Shown: in pieces, positions 54,022-62,934 of the stretch
Numbering within the stretch: the stretch's first letter is position 1
Layout: every line of letters starts with the position of its first letter
DNA from: a virus
Lineage: Duplodnaviria > Caudoviricetes
DNA: 64,000 nt
IMG/VR virus record: IMGVR_UViG_3300028797_000093
Direction: 5' to 3' (one strand)
Position numbers and translations under genes: made by a program
Notes under the pieces: model-generated
What the model was told of the DNA's origin: nothing
Database searches by the model: none
What the model saw: the letters and a program-made list of their open reading frames with translations, nothing else

Positions 54022-56643
54022 TCAATACTTACTATACTCCATTAGCTGTTTAAAAGCTGTTGGATGCTTAGTGGTTTTTACTTCTGCAGGATCTGGATCT
54101 AGAATGACAGACTTATAAAAAGAACCAGAAGAGAAAGACTCTTTAATAAGCTTCACATTATCTATATTAGAAGCTATGAAGAGTTCTGTACTGGTTGTAT
54201 TATAATTCTTCAATCTATCAAAATAGATCTTATAAATCTTCCCATAGATATCTAGCTTTCTTTTAATAAGCTCATCAAAATTCTTATATGTAGGTTTCTG
54301 AATATCATCCATCTTTTTAGCATCTACACAGTCAGATAGTCTAATGATTTTATCAATCATCTCGATACACATCTTATCTGGTGTATTGGTTCCAAAGTTG
54401 ATATTCATAAGCTTATATAAGATATTAAGCTGAGAGTAAGTATATTTATAGAAAGGAGCTGTAGCAGCTTCTATAAATTCCAGTACTTTTCTATATCTAT
54501 CTTCTGTTACAAAACATACATAAAGTCCTACAACAGATTCTTGAGAGAAATCCGATGCTGATGTTTTCAGTAACTGGCTACCATTTACATTCTTATTGAA
54601 ATAATATAGTTCACTAAGATCTGGAACTATAGAGAGATATATATTATCATAACAGTATAGGAAGAATAGAGGGAACTTCCTCTTCTTCTTAAATGTAAAC
54701 TTAAGATCTGCAGCTTCATCAATAGAGAAGAAATCTGTATCTATATCTTCTATTAGTAGAAGATCTTTACCCAATCCACTCTCAGAGAAATATTCTGCAT
54801 TCTTTGAGATAGCATTTACAAGATCATTTACTTTTTTACCATTATACTCATCAGCTCTACCACTATAAAGCATATAAATCTTATTATTAATAGACAGATC
54901 TGTCTTTAGCTTCTGTGGTGATACTAATTTCTTATATTCGTTATTATTCCTCAGATTTACATTTGCTACCTGTAACATTCTATCTGTAAAAGATGAGCAT
55001 ACGAATCTATTAGTTTGATTTACATTTATTCCAAAGAGATATTTCAAGAAAGAGATATGGTCAAAACCAAAATCTTCTTTATTCTTCTTAAAATACTCTA
55101 TAGTATACTTAAGATTCTCATAGTACTTCTTCTTAATAAAAGTACAATATACTTCAATATAATGATCTCCATAAATCTCTACAGGTTCAGGACCAAAACC
55201 TCCAAGAGGCTGTTCTGCCTTTAGATCTATAGTACCATCAAAACTCCATGTATCTTTAAGCTCTGCATCAAATGCTATAGCTGCATGAGATACATCACTA
55301 TTGGTAAAGTATTTAATAAGATTAGAAATTACTTTCTTTCTGGATACCAGAATAATAAAGATAGGATATAGCTTCTCTCCTTTACTATTCTCCAAATATC
55401 CAGGAATATCCTCATCTGTAATTCCTCTCAGATCAATAAACTTAGTCTTTTTATCTAAGAAGTCTTTAACTTTTTTATCATTTATAGCTCTATTTTCTGG
55501 ACTAAATGCAACCTCGGGATCCCAGCCCAATTCTAGAATAGATTGCTTTCTAGCATTGAGCTTATCAATATCTCCAGATTCTTCTAGTTCTTGTAGATCA
55601 CTATATAGTCTCTCTAAAGTATGAACTCTGGCAAGATTATGTTCTTTCAGATAATTGATCTGATTATTCTTATATGCTTCAAACCAATCTTTTACTGTTG
55701 TTCCATCTTCAAGAACAGTATTATCAGCTATATTATCAAAACAATTAGTAGTACCAGAGAAAACTCCTAAATCAACCATTCTATCTGCTGTAAAGTATGG
55801 AAGATCATTATAGATAATATCCATATCTACAATATCATTATCCATTACTTCTCTATCAGCAATATCTTTAGTAATAGAATCTTCAAAGAGTTTTCTATCT
55901 AGTTCTGTTTCAAGAAGATTATAGAGATTAAAAGCAGTTTCCATAACCACTTTAGGCTCCTCATATACCATAACCTTCTTCATATACTTTTTAGCAAATG
56001 ATAGAGCATTACTCTTTACTTTATCTGGAGTTACAGATTCTGTAAGAGTATACTCATTATGCTTAAGCTTATAGTAAAGCTCTTCATTATCCATTTTAAA
56101 ATGCTTCTTACAGATAGCATCAGATATAGATCTATCTTTATCTGTCATAGCATAATATTCACCAATGAGATTATCAAGAGCATCAATATTATCACATGGA
56201 TATACTATTGCTACTTCATTTTCTCTTGCTTCTGCTATAGCTTCTTTAATAGATAGATCAAGTTCAGACATCACAGACTCATTGAGTATTGTAGATTTAT
56301 GAATATTATCATACATCATACGGACATGATTATATACTCTATCTTCTTTAGCTTTAATATCCATAGAAGATTCTTCTATATATAGATTATTTGATGTCTG
56401 TGATGTATACATATCTTTTAGAGCCTTATAATGATCAAAGTTATCCATACCAAATATTCTATAAGATTCTACATCAGATTTCTTTCTTACAGACTTTGGC
56501 TGATTCTTAAACTTTTCCCATAGATCATTAAGACTCTCAAGAGTTTCTGTAGGATATATAATGTATATATTACTGCTATAAGTATATTCTATAGCTCTAT
56601 CTATAGAATTCAGATAATCATTCAAAGATAGATCATTCTGCAT
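54022..56643 (-). CDS. Large putative internal virion protein with permuted papain/NlpC-P60-like domain
   Basis: SHAAIAFD ... FVCSSFT (His before Cys); repeated xxES sites; start uncertain. Confidence 0.55.
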   Translation of the reverse strand: MQNDLSLNDYLNSIDRAIEYTYSSNIYIIYPTETLESLNDLWEKFKNQPKSVRKKSDVESYRIFGMDNFDHYKALKDMYTSQTSNNLYIEESSMDIKAKEDRVYNHVRMMYDNIHKSTILNESVMSELDLSIKEAIAEARENEVAIVYPCDNIDALDNLIGEYYAMTDKDRSISDAICKKHFKMDNEELYYKLKHNEYTLTESVTPDKVKSNALSFAKKYMKKVMVYEEPKVVMETAFNLYNLLETELDRKLFEDSITKDIADREVMDNDIVDMDIIYNDLPYFTADRMVDLGVFSGTTNCFDNIADNTVLEDGTTVKDWFEAYKNNQINYLKEHNLARVHTLERLYSDLQELEESGDIDKLNARKQSILELGWDPEVAFSPENRAINDKKVKDFLDKKTKFIDLRGITDEDIPGYLENSKGEKLYPIFIILVSRKKVISNLIKYFTNSDVSHAAIAFDAELKDTWSFDGTIDLKAEQPLGGFGPEPVEIYGDHYIEVYCTFIKKKYYENLKYTIEYFKKNKEDFGFDHISFLKYLFGINVNQTNRFVCSSFTDRMLQVANVNLRNNNEYKKLVSPQKLKTDLSINNKIYMLYSGRADEYNGKKVNDLVNAISKNAEYFSESGLGKDLLLIEDIDTDFFSIDEAADLKFTFKKKRKFPLFFLYCYDNIYLSIVPDLSELYYFNKNVNGSQLLKTSASDFSQESVVGLYVCFVTEDRYRKVLEFIEAATAPFYKYTYSQLNILYKLMNINFGTNTPDKMCIEMIDKIIRLSDCVDAKKMDDIQKPTYKNFDELIKRKLDIYGKIYKIYFDRLKNYNTTSTELFIASNIDNVKLIKESFSSGSFYKSVILDPDPAEVKTTKHPTAFKQLMEYSKY

Positions 56644-58123
56644 TCTCTTGCTCACCACCTAGCTGCTTTTTAGTGAACCTGATCTGTTTCTCTACTACTT
56701 TAATCTTTGGAATAATATAATTCTTAATAGTATCATCAGATGGTCTCACTTCATAGTAAGAACTACAGATAGTAATTCCATCATCATCTTTAATCTTCTC
56801 ATGTACAAAATATCCATCAGGATTATGAGAAACTCCATAGCTATCATCTATATCTTCAGTATCAATAAATACTGGTTTGCCACTTAGATCATCATTAGAT
56901 AGCTTTATAGTATTCTTTACATAGTCATCTGTATATATAGGATCTATTCTCTTAAACTTATCAGAGAATATAATCTCATCAGGATCTAATACCTTTCTAT
57001 TTAGAAGAGTGGATAGTATAAAGTTACTATCTACCTCTTTTCCACTTTTTAGTGCATCTATAATGACATTTTTAAAATTAGTTGGATCATCACTTCCTGA
57101 GAACTCATAAATCAATTGATCTGGGAGTGGTAAATCATCAACTTTGATCATTTTTAGGGTATTACAGTGTTCTAGTACTGCTATATCGTCAAAAAGGGCA
57201 TAAATGCCTATATTTTCACTATTTTCATCATCTTCACCACTAAAAGCATTATTCATCATAGTGGGAATTACATATACACTACTAGGTCCTGCAGGAGGTA
57301 CTCCTCCCATAGCTCCAGTACCGACAGGAGTGTTCTCATTGATAGATATCTTGACTCCTCTGTCAGGTTCTACTATATCATATTTAATATCAGCAAGGAT
57401 TTCAAATAGTTGTAAGAAGTTATTATTAGTCAGTCTAAGGTAATTAAAAGTACCTTTATCTGTAATCATCTCTTCTTTAGCTACTTGTTTCTCTCTGTAA
57501 GATTTCATAGGTCTATTATTAGGATTATCTCCACCATCTTTTACTTCTATCACAAGATTAGCAGGGATATAATAAAGGTCTGTAATCCAAAAATGCTTCT
57601 TTCCACCATAATCATATTCAAATACTGGACCTGGGGATTGAATATCCTTACCATCTACATTTAGAGCTTTATCAAAGAACTCCAGTAGCTTCTTCTCATA
57701 TTGTCCAGTATAAGGAACCACTGTTCCATCAGTAGAGAATTTATAAGTACCAGAAATTTTCCTTCTGGCAAGCATCTTCTCCTGCTGTTCAGGTTCATCA
57801 AGAAGATGAGGTTTATTATAAACTCTCATCATATTATTTACAGAAGTCTGTCTAACTGCTTCTCTACAGCTAGGTTTATTACAAAGATTTTTATATTTAG
57901 ATAACTTCTCATCCCAATCATAAACCTTATCTTTACAAATCATACAAGTTCCATAATTCTTTTTATTTACTACTTCATATATAACTCTAGCAGCTGTGTA
58001 TCCCTCTGGGATCATTTCAGGATGCTTTGTTTCTACATGCTCTATCAAATCAGTTCGTAAGAACTTAGTATCACAATATGGACACATATATCTTTTATTT
58101 GTCTTATATTGCTTGGTAGCCAT
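56633..58123 (-). CDS. Zinc-finger plus PD-(D/E)XK-type nuclease protein
   Basis: CPYC..H...H, CMIC...C....C and TDLYYIPANLVIEVK; late promoter 58171-58160. Confidence 0.65.
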   Translation of the reverse strand: MATKQYKTNKRYMCPYCDTKFLRTDLIEHVETKHPEMIPEGYTAARVIYEVVNKKNYGTCMICKDKVYDWDEKLSKYKNLCNKPSCREAVRQTSVNNMMRVYNKPHLLDEPEQQEKMLARRKISGTYKFSTDGTVVPYTGQYEKKLLEFFDKALNVDGKDIQSPGPVFEYDYGGKKHFWITDLYYIPANLVIEVKDGGDNPNNRPMKSYREKQVAKEEMITDKGTFNYLRLTNNNFLQLFEILADIKYDIVEPDRGVKISINENTPVGTGAMGGVPPAGPSSVYVIPTMMNNAFSGEDDENSENIGIYALFDDIAVLEHCNTLKMIKVDDLPLPDQLIYEFSGSDDPTNFKNVIIDALKSGKEVDSNFILSTLLNRKVLDPDEIIFSDKFKRIDPIYTDDYVKNTIKLSNDDLSGKPVFIDTEDIDDSYGVSHNPDGYFVHEKIKDDDGITICSSYYEVRPSDDTIKNYIIPKIKVVEKQIRFTKKQLGGEQENAE

Positions 58124-58201
58124 ATTCTACCTCCATTAACTTATATAGAATTGTTTAATTATCATTATGTTGATGCAATGATTGTATTCATTTAAATTGA
58201 A

Positions 58202-58309
58202 TTGTAATAGTTTATATTTTAAATTATATATCATAGATATGAATATAGGGTAGTAGCTATAGACTACTACCCTATATTTTATCCCACCTCAGAGAGGAGG
58301 TGAAAAACA
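58202..58309 (+). promoter_or_regulatory. Repeated promoter-hairpin-RBS leader, copy 3
   Basis: TTGTAATAGTTTATATTTTAAATTATATATCATAGATATGAATATAGGGTAGTAGCT is identical to the copy at 58874. Confidence 0.85.
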
Positions 58310-58492
58310 ATGCTCAAACAATATAGTTTATCTCAGCAATATGATCAGTTTATGAAAAAGACTGATCCATACTGGGAAAACAAAGAAAATTACCGGGTCC
58401 AGGAAGAGTATAAGAAAATACTCAAACTAGACCCAGTAACCCCAATGTGGCTCAGGAGCCCAATTCCTGAGAACATGTCTATGGATGTATAA
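58310..58492 (+). CDS. Microprotein family B (60 aa, ends SMDV)
   Basis: Paralog of 41021-41209. Confidence 0.85.
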   Translation: MLKQYSLSQQYDQFMKKTDPYWENKENYRVQEEYKKILKLDPVTPMWLRSPIPENMSMDV

Positions 58493-58622
58493 TTCATGAC
58501 ATGTTTGAGAGTGAGTCTAGTGACAATAGGCTCACTCTCTTTCAATATAATGTGGTTTATTTTTTATATTTAATTATGATTAGTATATTATAGTAATAGA
58601 ATAAAAGAGGAGGATTGTTCAA

Positions 58623-58832
58623 ATGGTTAACCCTATTAGTATTGATATCGCTAAAGCAAATAGTGAGATCATGGAAGTTAATATGAAACTTCTTGATAAA
58701 CTATTTGACAGAAAGATTATCACTCCTGAAGAGTATGATACAGAATTGAGAAAGATGGCTGATACTGCAGGTATTTCTTACTATAAACCACCAGAACCTC
58801 CTAAGCCTAAAAAGAGTATTTTCTATAAGTAA
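58623..58832 (+). CDS. Small hypothetical protein (SHOCT-like LFDRKIITPEEY)
   Basis: GAGGAGG RBS; terminator follows. Confidence 0.7.
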   Translation: MVNPISIDIAKANSEIMEVNMKLLDKLFDRKIITPEEYDTELRKMADTAGISYYKPPEPPKPKKSIFYK

Positions 58833-58873
58833 AGAATATAAGAGAGAAGTTTATATACTTCTCTCTTATTTTT

Positions 58874-58982
58874 TTGTAATAGTTTATATTTTAAATTATA
58901 TATCATAGATATGAATATAGGGTAGTAGCTCTGAACTACTACCCTATACTTCTATTCCACCTTGGAGAGGAGGTGAAATAAG
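58874..58982 (+). promoter_or_regulatory. Repeated promoter-hairpin-RBS leader, copy 4
   Basis: Hairpin 58916-58948 is identical to copy 1, including the loop CTCTGAA. Confidence 0.85.
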
Positions 58983-59165
58983 ATGGTGTCTCTATCAGAT
59001 CAATTTGATCTTGTCGTAAGAACAACTGGATCTGATAACAGAGACTGGGACAACGATAGGATCCGAGATGAACTCATGAAAATGAACATTGAGGAATCTA
59101 GAGTTCCCACTTGGGTAGCTATGGAGATAGCACAATACCCAAACAATTGGTCAATGGATATATAA
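58983..59165 (+). CDS. Microprotein family B, divergent (60 aa, ends SMDI)
   Basis: SLS.Q.D start and SMDI end shared with family B. Confidence 0.8.
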   Translation: MVSLSDQFDLVVRTTGSDNRDWDNDRIRDELMKMNIEESRVPTWVAMEIAQYPNNWSMDI

Positions 59166-59312
59166 CCATTTGATCAATCTTCCTCATATTAAGGTCGGTG
59201 GATGAAAAGTCCATGTCGGATCATTTATAAGAGGGTGAGTTGGCACAAACAGCTCATCCTCTTATTATATAGTAAGTGTTAGTATTTGTTTATATAAAGG
59301 AAGGAGAAAACA

Positions 59313-59384
59313 ATGAAGAAGATTATCAATAAACTGAACAGAATTATCTTTGAAAAACTGTTCAAGCAGGTTAATATCTGCTAA
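59313..59384 (+). CDS. 23-aa cationic micropeptide MKKIINKLNRIIFEKLFKQVNIC
   Basis: AAGGAG RBS and terminator hairpin right after the stop. Confidence 0.6.
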   Translation: MKKIINKLNRIIFEKLFKQVNIC

Positions 59385-59502
59385 AGAAAATATAGGGGAG
59401 GCTTTAAAACCTCTCCTATATTTTTTATAATAATTATATATAATATAATAGAGTAAGTTATTTGAAAGGGGATTATTAGCTTGTATTTTAGAGGATTTAT
59501 GT

Positions 59503-59943
59503 ATGTATTACACTAGTAAGAAACATAAAAGCGGAGGAAGGATATACAACTCAGAGTTGTATATGACTAAAGAAGGAAAATTATCTATATATAATATGGA
59601 ACGTGGTGTGAAAATGAGAGAATTCACATCAGCTTCTCAAATATACAGAATGGAAATATATCTATCTTCTGGTATTAGAAGTAAAGCTGTTACTACAAAA
59701 GAAGAGACTAAGAGAATAGCTGAGAAATATAGATTGGAGAAACATCCTTGTGAAGGAAATCCTAAATATAAAGGTGATACTCAATTTATTTATGATGAAT
59801 TAAGAAGAACCTTTACTAATGTAGATTGGGATTCTAGATTCCCTAATCACGATGGTAAAGGATATAAAAGACTAGTATATGCTCTATTATATGGAGAAAA
59901 TAGATGCACAGTAATTAAAAAGGAGGAGCAGAATGAGATATAA
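59503..59943 (+). CDS. Hypothetical protein
   Basis: ORF downstream of early-type promoter at about 59432; start uncertain. Confidence 0.65.
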   Translation: MYYTSKKHKSGGRIYNSELYMTKEGKLSIYNMERGVKMREFTSASQIYRMEIYLSSGIRSKAVTTKEETKRIAEKYRLEKHPCEGNPKYKGDTQFIYDELRRTFTNVDWDSRFPNHDGKGYKRLVYALLYGENRCTVIKKEEQNEI

Positions 59944-61108
59944 ATTACGTAATGAAATTGCTAAATCTTTTGATATATATGATCTTCCTGAAAAGAATGT
60001 AGATGAAGAAATTAAAGCACTCTTTAATAAGCTTGATCTAGTTGATCTATTTAGAACTTCATTGAATAATGTTTCTATCTCAGCAGAAGGACATATAGAA
60101 GGTTTTTATGCTCAAATTAAGTATTGTCTTACTACAGATAAAACATCCATTGAGGATAAGAATAATATACTGGTCACTATGTATAATTCTATCTTCGTAT
60201 TGTTCGCTTGTATAACTGGATTAGATACTCGTTTCGCTACATTGGTTAATAATGATAAGAGGGTGAATCCTGTTAATTTTATTGAAGTTTTTCTCACTAA
60301 ATGTCTTTATGATTGGATGTATACTAGTGAGAATAAATATCTCCAGTGTGCTGCTACATTTATTCTAGTAAGAGCAACTGCATATTCTTTTAAAGATTTC
60401 TTAAATCTGAGAGATAAGATCTTTATTGATTTTAATACAAACAATCTTTATAATATGACTCATGTAGAGTTTATTGCAAGAACTACTATAGACATTCAGA
60501 ATCAAGATCATTATAAAATCCTCATGTATTATATCTTGAACTATATCTTTGGAGAACTTGGTATTAATTATTATACCAATAACAAAGATGAAGATATTAA
60601 GATTAAGAATAAAGTAATTAATGATGTATATGAACTACTCTACTACAATCAGGATTCTAATAATATATATGATGTAATGATCAGATGTGCAGCATATAGA
60701 GTTATTAGACTCAGAAAACCTGATTTGATTGATATGGTAGAATATGAAGATGTAGAAGATGATGATAATGAGATTGATCATACATACTATATGTATATAG
60801 GAGAAGATGAATTTTATAAATGCACTATTAATGAACTCACAGCATTTAAGAAACTGGAAGATGGAAGTTATCTAGTATCTGAATATTCTATTGATGCTGT
60901 ATGTTTTGATAAAGAATGGTTCATCCATCATCCCAATGAAGAATATATTATAGTAGATGAAGCTCCTGAATTCTTTGAAGTTATTCATAATGAGTTTTTC
61001 GATATGGCTTTCAATAGTGATCCAGATCTATTTGATAGACCTTTCATACTCTACTATGACAGAGAGTCTGCAAAGAGAGCTTTCATGGAAAGAAAGAAAA
61101 TAAAATAA
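59933..61108 (+). CDS. Hypothetical protein (391 aa)
   Basis: AGGAGG RBS; terminator at 61113-61148. Confidence 0.75.
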   Translation: MRYKLRNEIAKSFDIYDLPEKNVDEEIKALFNKLDLVDLFRTSLNNVSISAEGHIEGFYAQIKYCLTTDKTSIEDKNNILVTMYNSIFVLFACITGLDTRFATLVNNDKRVNPVNFIEVFLTKCLYDWMYTSENKYLQCAATFILVRATAYSFKDFLNLRDKIFIDFNTNNLYNMTHVEFIARTTIDIQNQDHYKILMYYILNYIFGELGINYYTNNKDEDIKIKNKVINDVYELLYYNQDSNNIYDVMIRCAAYRVIRLRKPDLIDMVEYEDVEDDDNEIDHTYYMYIGEDEFYKCTINELTAFKKLEDGSYLVSEYSIDAVCFDKEWFIHHPNEEYIIVDEAPEFFEVIHNEFFDMAFNSDPDLFDRPFILYYDRESAKRAFMERKKIK

Positions 61109-61152
61109 TATAAAATAAAGGATAGGAGTTTCCTATCCTTTATTTTTTATAA

Positions 61153-62233
61153 TAAAAGCTACGAGTACTACATATGCTTATCGTGGTGGTGCCTCTAGTT
61201 CTGGCTTTTATTGTGGCATTTTCTATGTTAATCTGAACACTGCTGCTTCTGGGCATGTATGGTCTCTTGGCGCCACACTATCATTTAAACCATCTTTTCT
61301 TTTTATTGTGATTATTTTGCTCAAAGTAGTGGTACTCATTATGCTCTTCGTGGTGGTCGCTCTGGTAATGGCTTTCTTTGTGGCGTTTTCTATGTTCTTC
61401 TGAACTCTACTGCTTCTGGGTATGTCTGGAATTTTGGCGCCACACTATCATTTAAACTTAATATATAAAGCTACGAGTACTACATATCCTAGATGTGGTG
61501 GTGCCTCGAACGATGGTTCTCGGTGTGGGGTTTTCTTTGTTACTCTGGGCAACAGCTCTGGTGCTACCAACTGGTACGCTGGCGCCGCCATATCATTTAA
61601 CTTATGGTATTATTTTTCTCAAAGTAGTGGTGCTCATTATGTTCGTCGTGGCGGTCGCTGTACTAATGGTTTCAATTGTGGTTTCGCTTATATTTCTCTG
61701 TACGATTCGTTTTCTACTGCAGGCTGGTATTCTGGCGCTGCCCTATCATTTAAACCATATATAAAGCTACGAGTACTACATATGCATATCGTGGTGGTCT
61801 CTCTAGGGATGACTTTTATTGTGGTTGCGCTTGTGTTAACCTCAACTACAACTATAATAATGCCAGCTGGCGTATTGGCGCTGCCCTATCATTTAAATAA
61901 GGGCAGCTATTATTGTGATTATTTTTCTCAAAGTAGTGGTACCAGGTATTCTATTCGTGGTGGTAACTGTAGTGCTGGCTCTAATTGTGGTTTCGTCTAT
62001 GTTCATCTTAGTGTTTCGTTTTCTAACTACTCTTGGAATCGTGGCGCCGCCATATCATTTAAACCATCTCTTCTTTTTATTGTGATTATTTTTATCAAAG
62101 TAGTGGTGCTCACTATTCTTATCGTGGTGGTGTTTCTACAAGTGGGCTCGGTTGTGGCGTTTTCTATGTTAATCTGGACGGTACTGCTTCTAGGGCTGGT
62201 TGGTATCTTGGCGCCGCCCTATCATTTAAATAA
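61153..62233 (+). repeat. Array 3: seven tandem DGR variable-region-like cassettes
   Basis: Units at about 61155, 61301, 61464, 61608, 61760, 61902, 62075; three begin with the alternative leader AAAGCTACGAGTACTACATAT; flanked by terminator hairpins. Confidence 0.95.
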
Positions 62234-62234
62234 A

Positions 62235-62317
62235 CAAAAATAATAGTAGAAGACCTCACCTGTCTTCTACTATTATTACTGAAAAGGAGCGTACCGAATG
62301 AGCATGATCGCGTGCCT
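62235..62317 (-). ncRNA. Candidate late small RNA 3
   Basis: AACA-N6-TA at 62328-62317 (minus); about 80 nt to hairpin 62241-62276 plus T tract; contains GCTCCTTTT. Confidence 0.45.
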
Positions 62318-62394
62318 ATTAATATGTTAATTAGATAATTATAATGGATTGTATATTATAGTAAAGGAATTATAATACCATCGGAGGATAAATA

Positions 62395-62934
62395 ATGAAA
62401 AGAAAACAAGATTTTTATCCTGGGCAATTATGCTTGTTTGATAGATATAATTATACTGCTATGAAAGGCGCTAATTCTATTACTATGGTTTCTATAGTAA
62501 GACCTTATAAAAAGAGCCTTTTCAATATTCATAATGAATGGATGGTCTTTATACCTGCTACACAAGAAGTTATTGTAGTACCAGAGAGTTTTCTCTGTCC
62601 TGCTCCTACAGTAGAACAACTACGAAATCTAGAATCTGTTATAATGATAAGAAATCCTGTAAACTTACCTGAGTTTACAGTTTCTGATGTTTCTAATGTA
62701 AGAAAAGCTATAGCTATTCTAGAAGAGCATAAATCTGTATATAATAAAGATGCTACTCAATCTATTGATAGTGTAAATGAAACTATTAAAGGATTAAATA
62801 AGCTTCTACTAAAGTTTAAGTTTTATTCTAGAATGAATGTGAAAGAGAGAGTGCTTAATCTAGGAAGAATAAGCTCTACTTCTTATGAAGATAATGGAAT
62901 TAAAAAAGAAGAATATGATGAGGATGATGTGTAA
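62395..62934 (+). CDS. Hypothetical protein (179 aa)
   Basis: GGAGG RBS; early-type promoter at about 62347. Confidence 0.75.
   Translation: MKRKQDFYPGQLCLFDRYNYTAMKGANSITMVSIVRPYKKSLFNIHNEWMVFIPATQEVIVVPESFLCPAPTVEQLRNLESVIMIRNPVNLPEFTVSDVSNVRKAIAILEEHKSVYNKDATQSIDSVNETIKGLNKLLLKFKFYSRMNVKERVLNLGRISSTSYEDNGIKKEEYDEDDV

Noticed and set aside
61760-61900. Unit 3.5 (VNLNYNYNNAS) as the DGR template repeat
   Set aside because: It is Asn-rich only in its 3' half. Its 5' variable codons (CTC, AGG, GAT) are already non-AAY, and no RT gene is adjacent.
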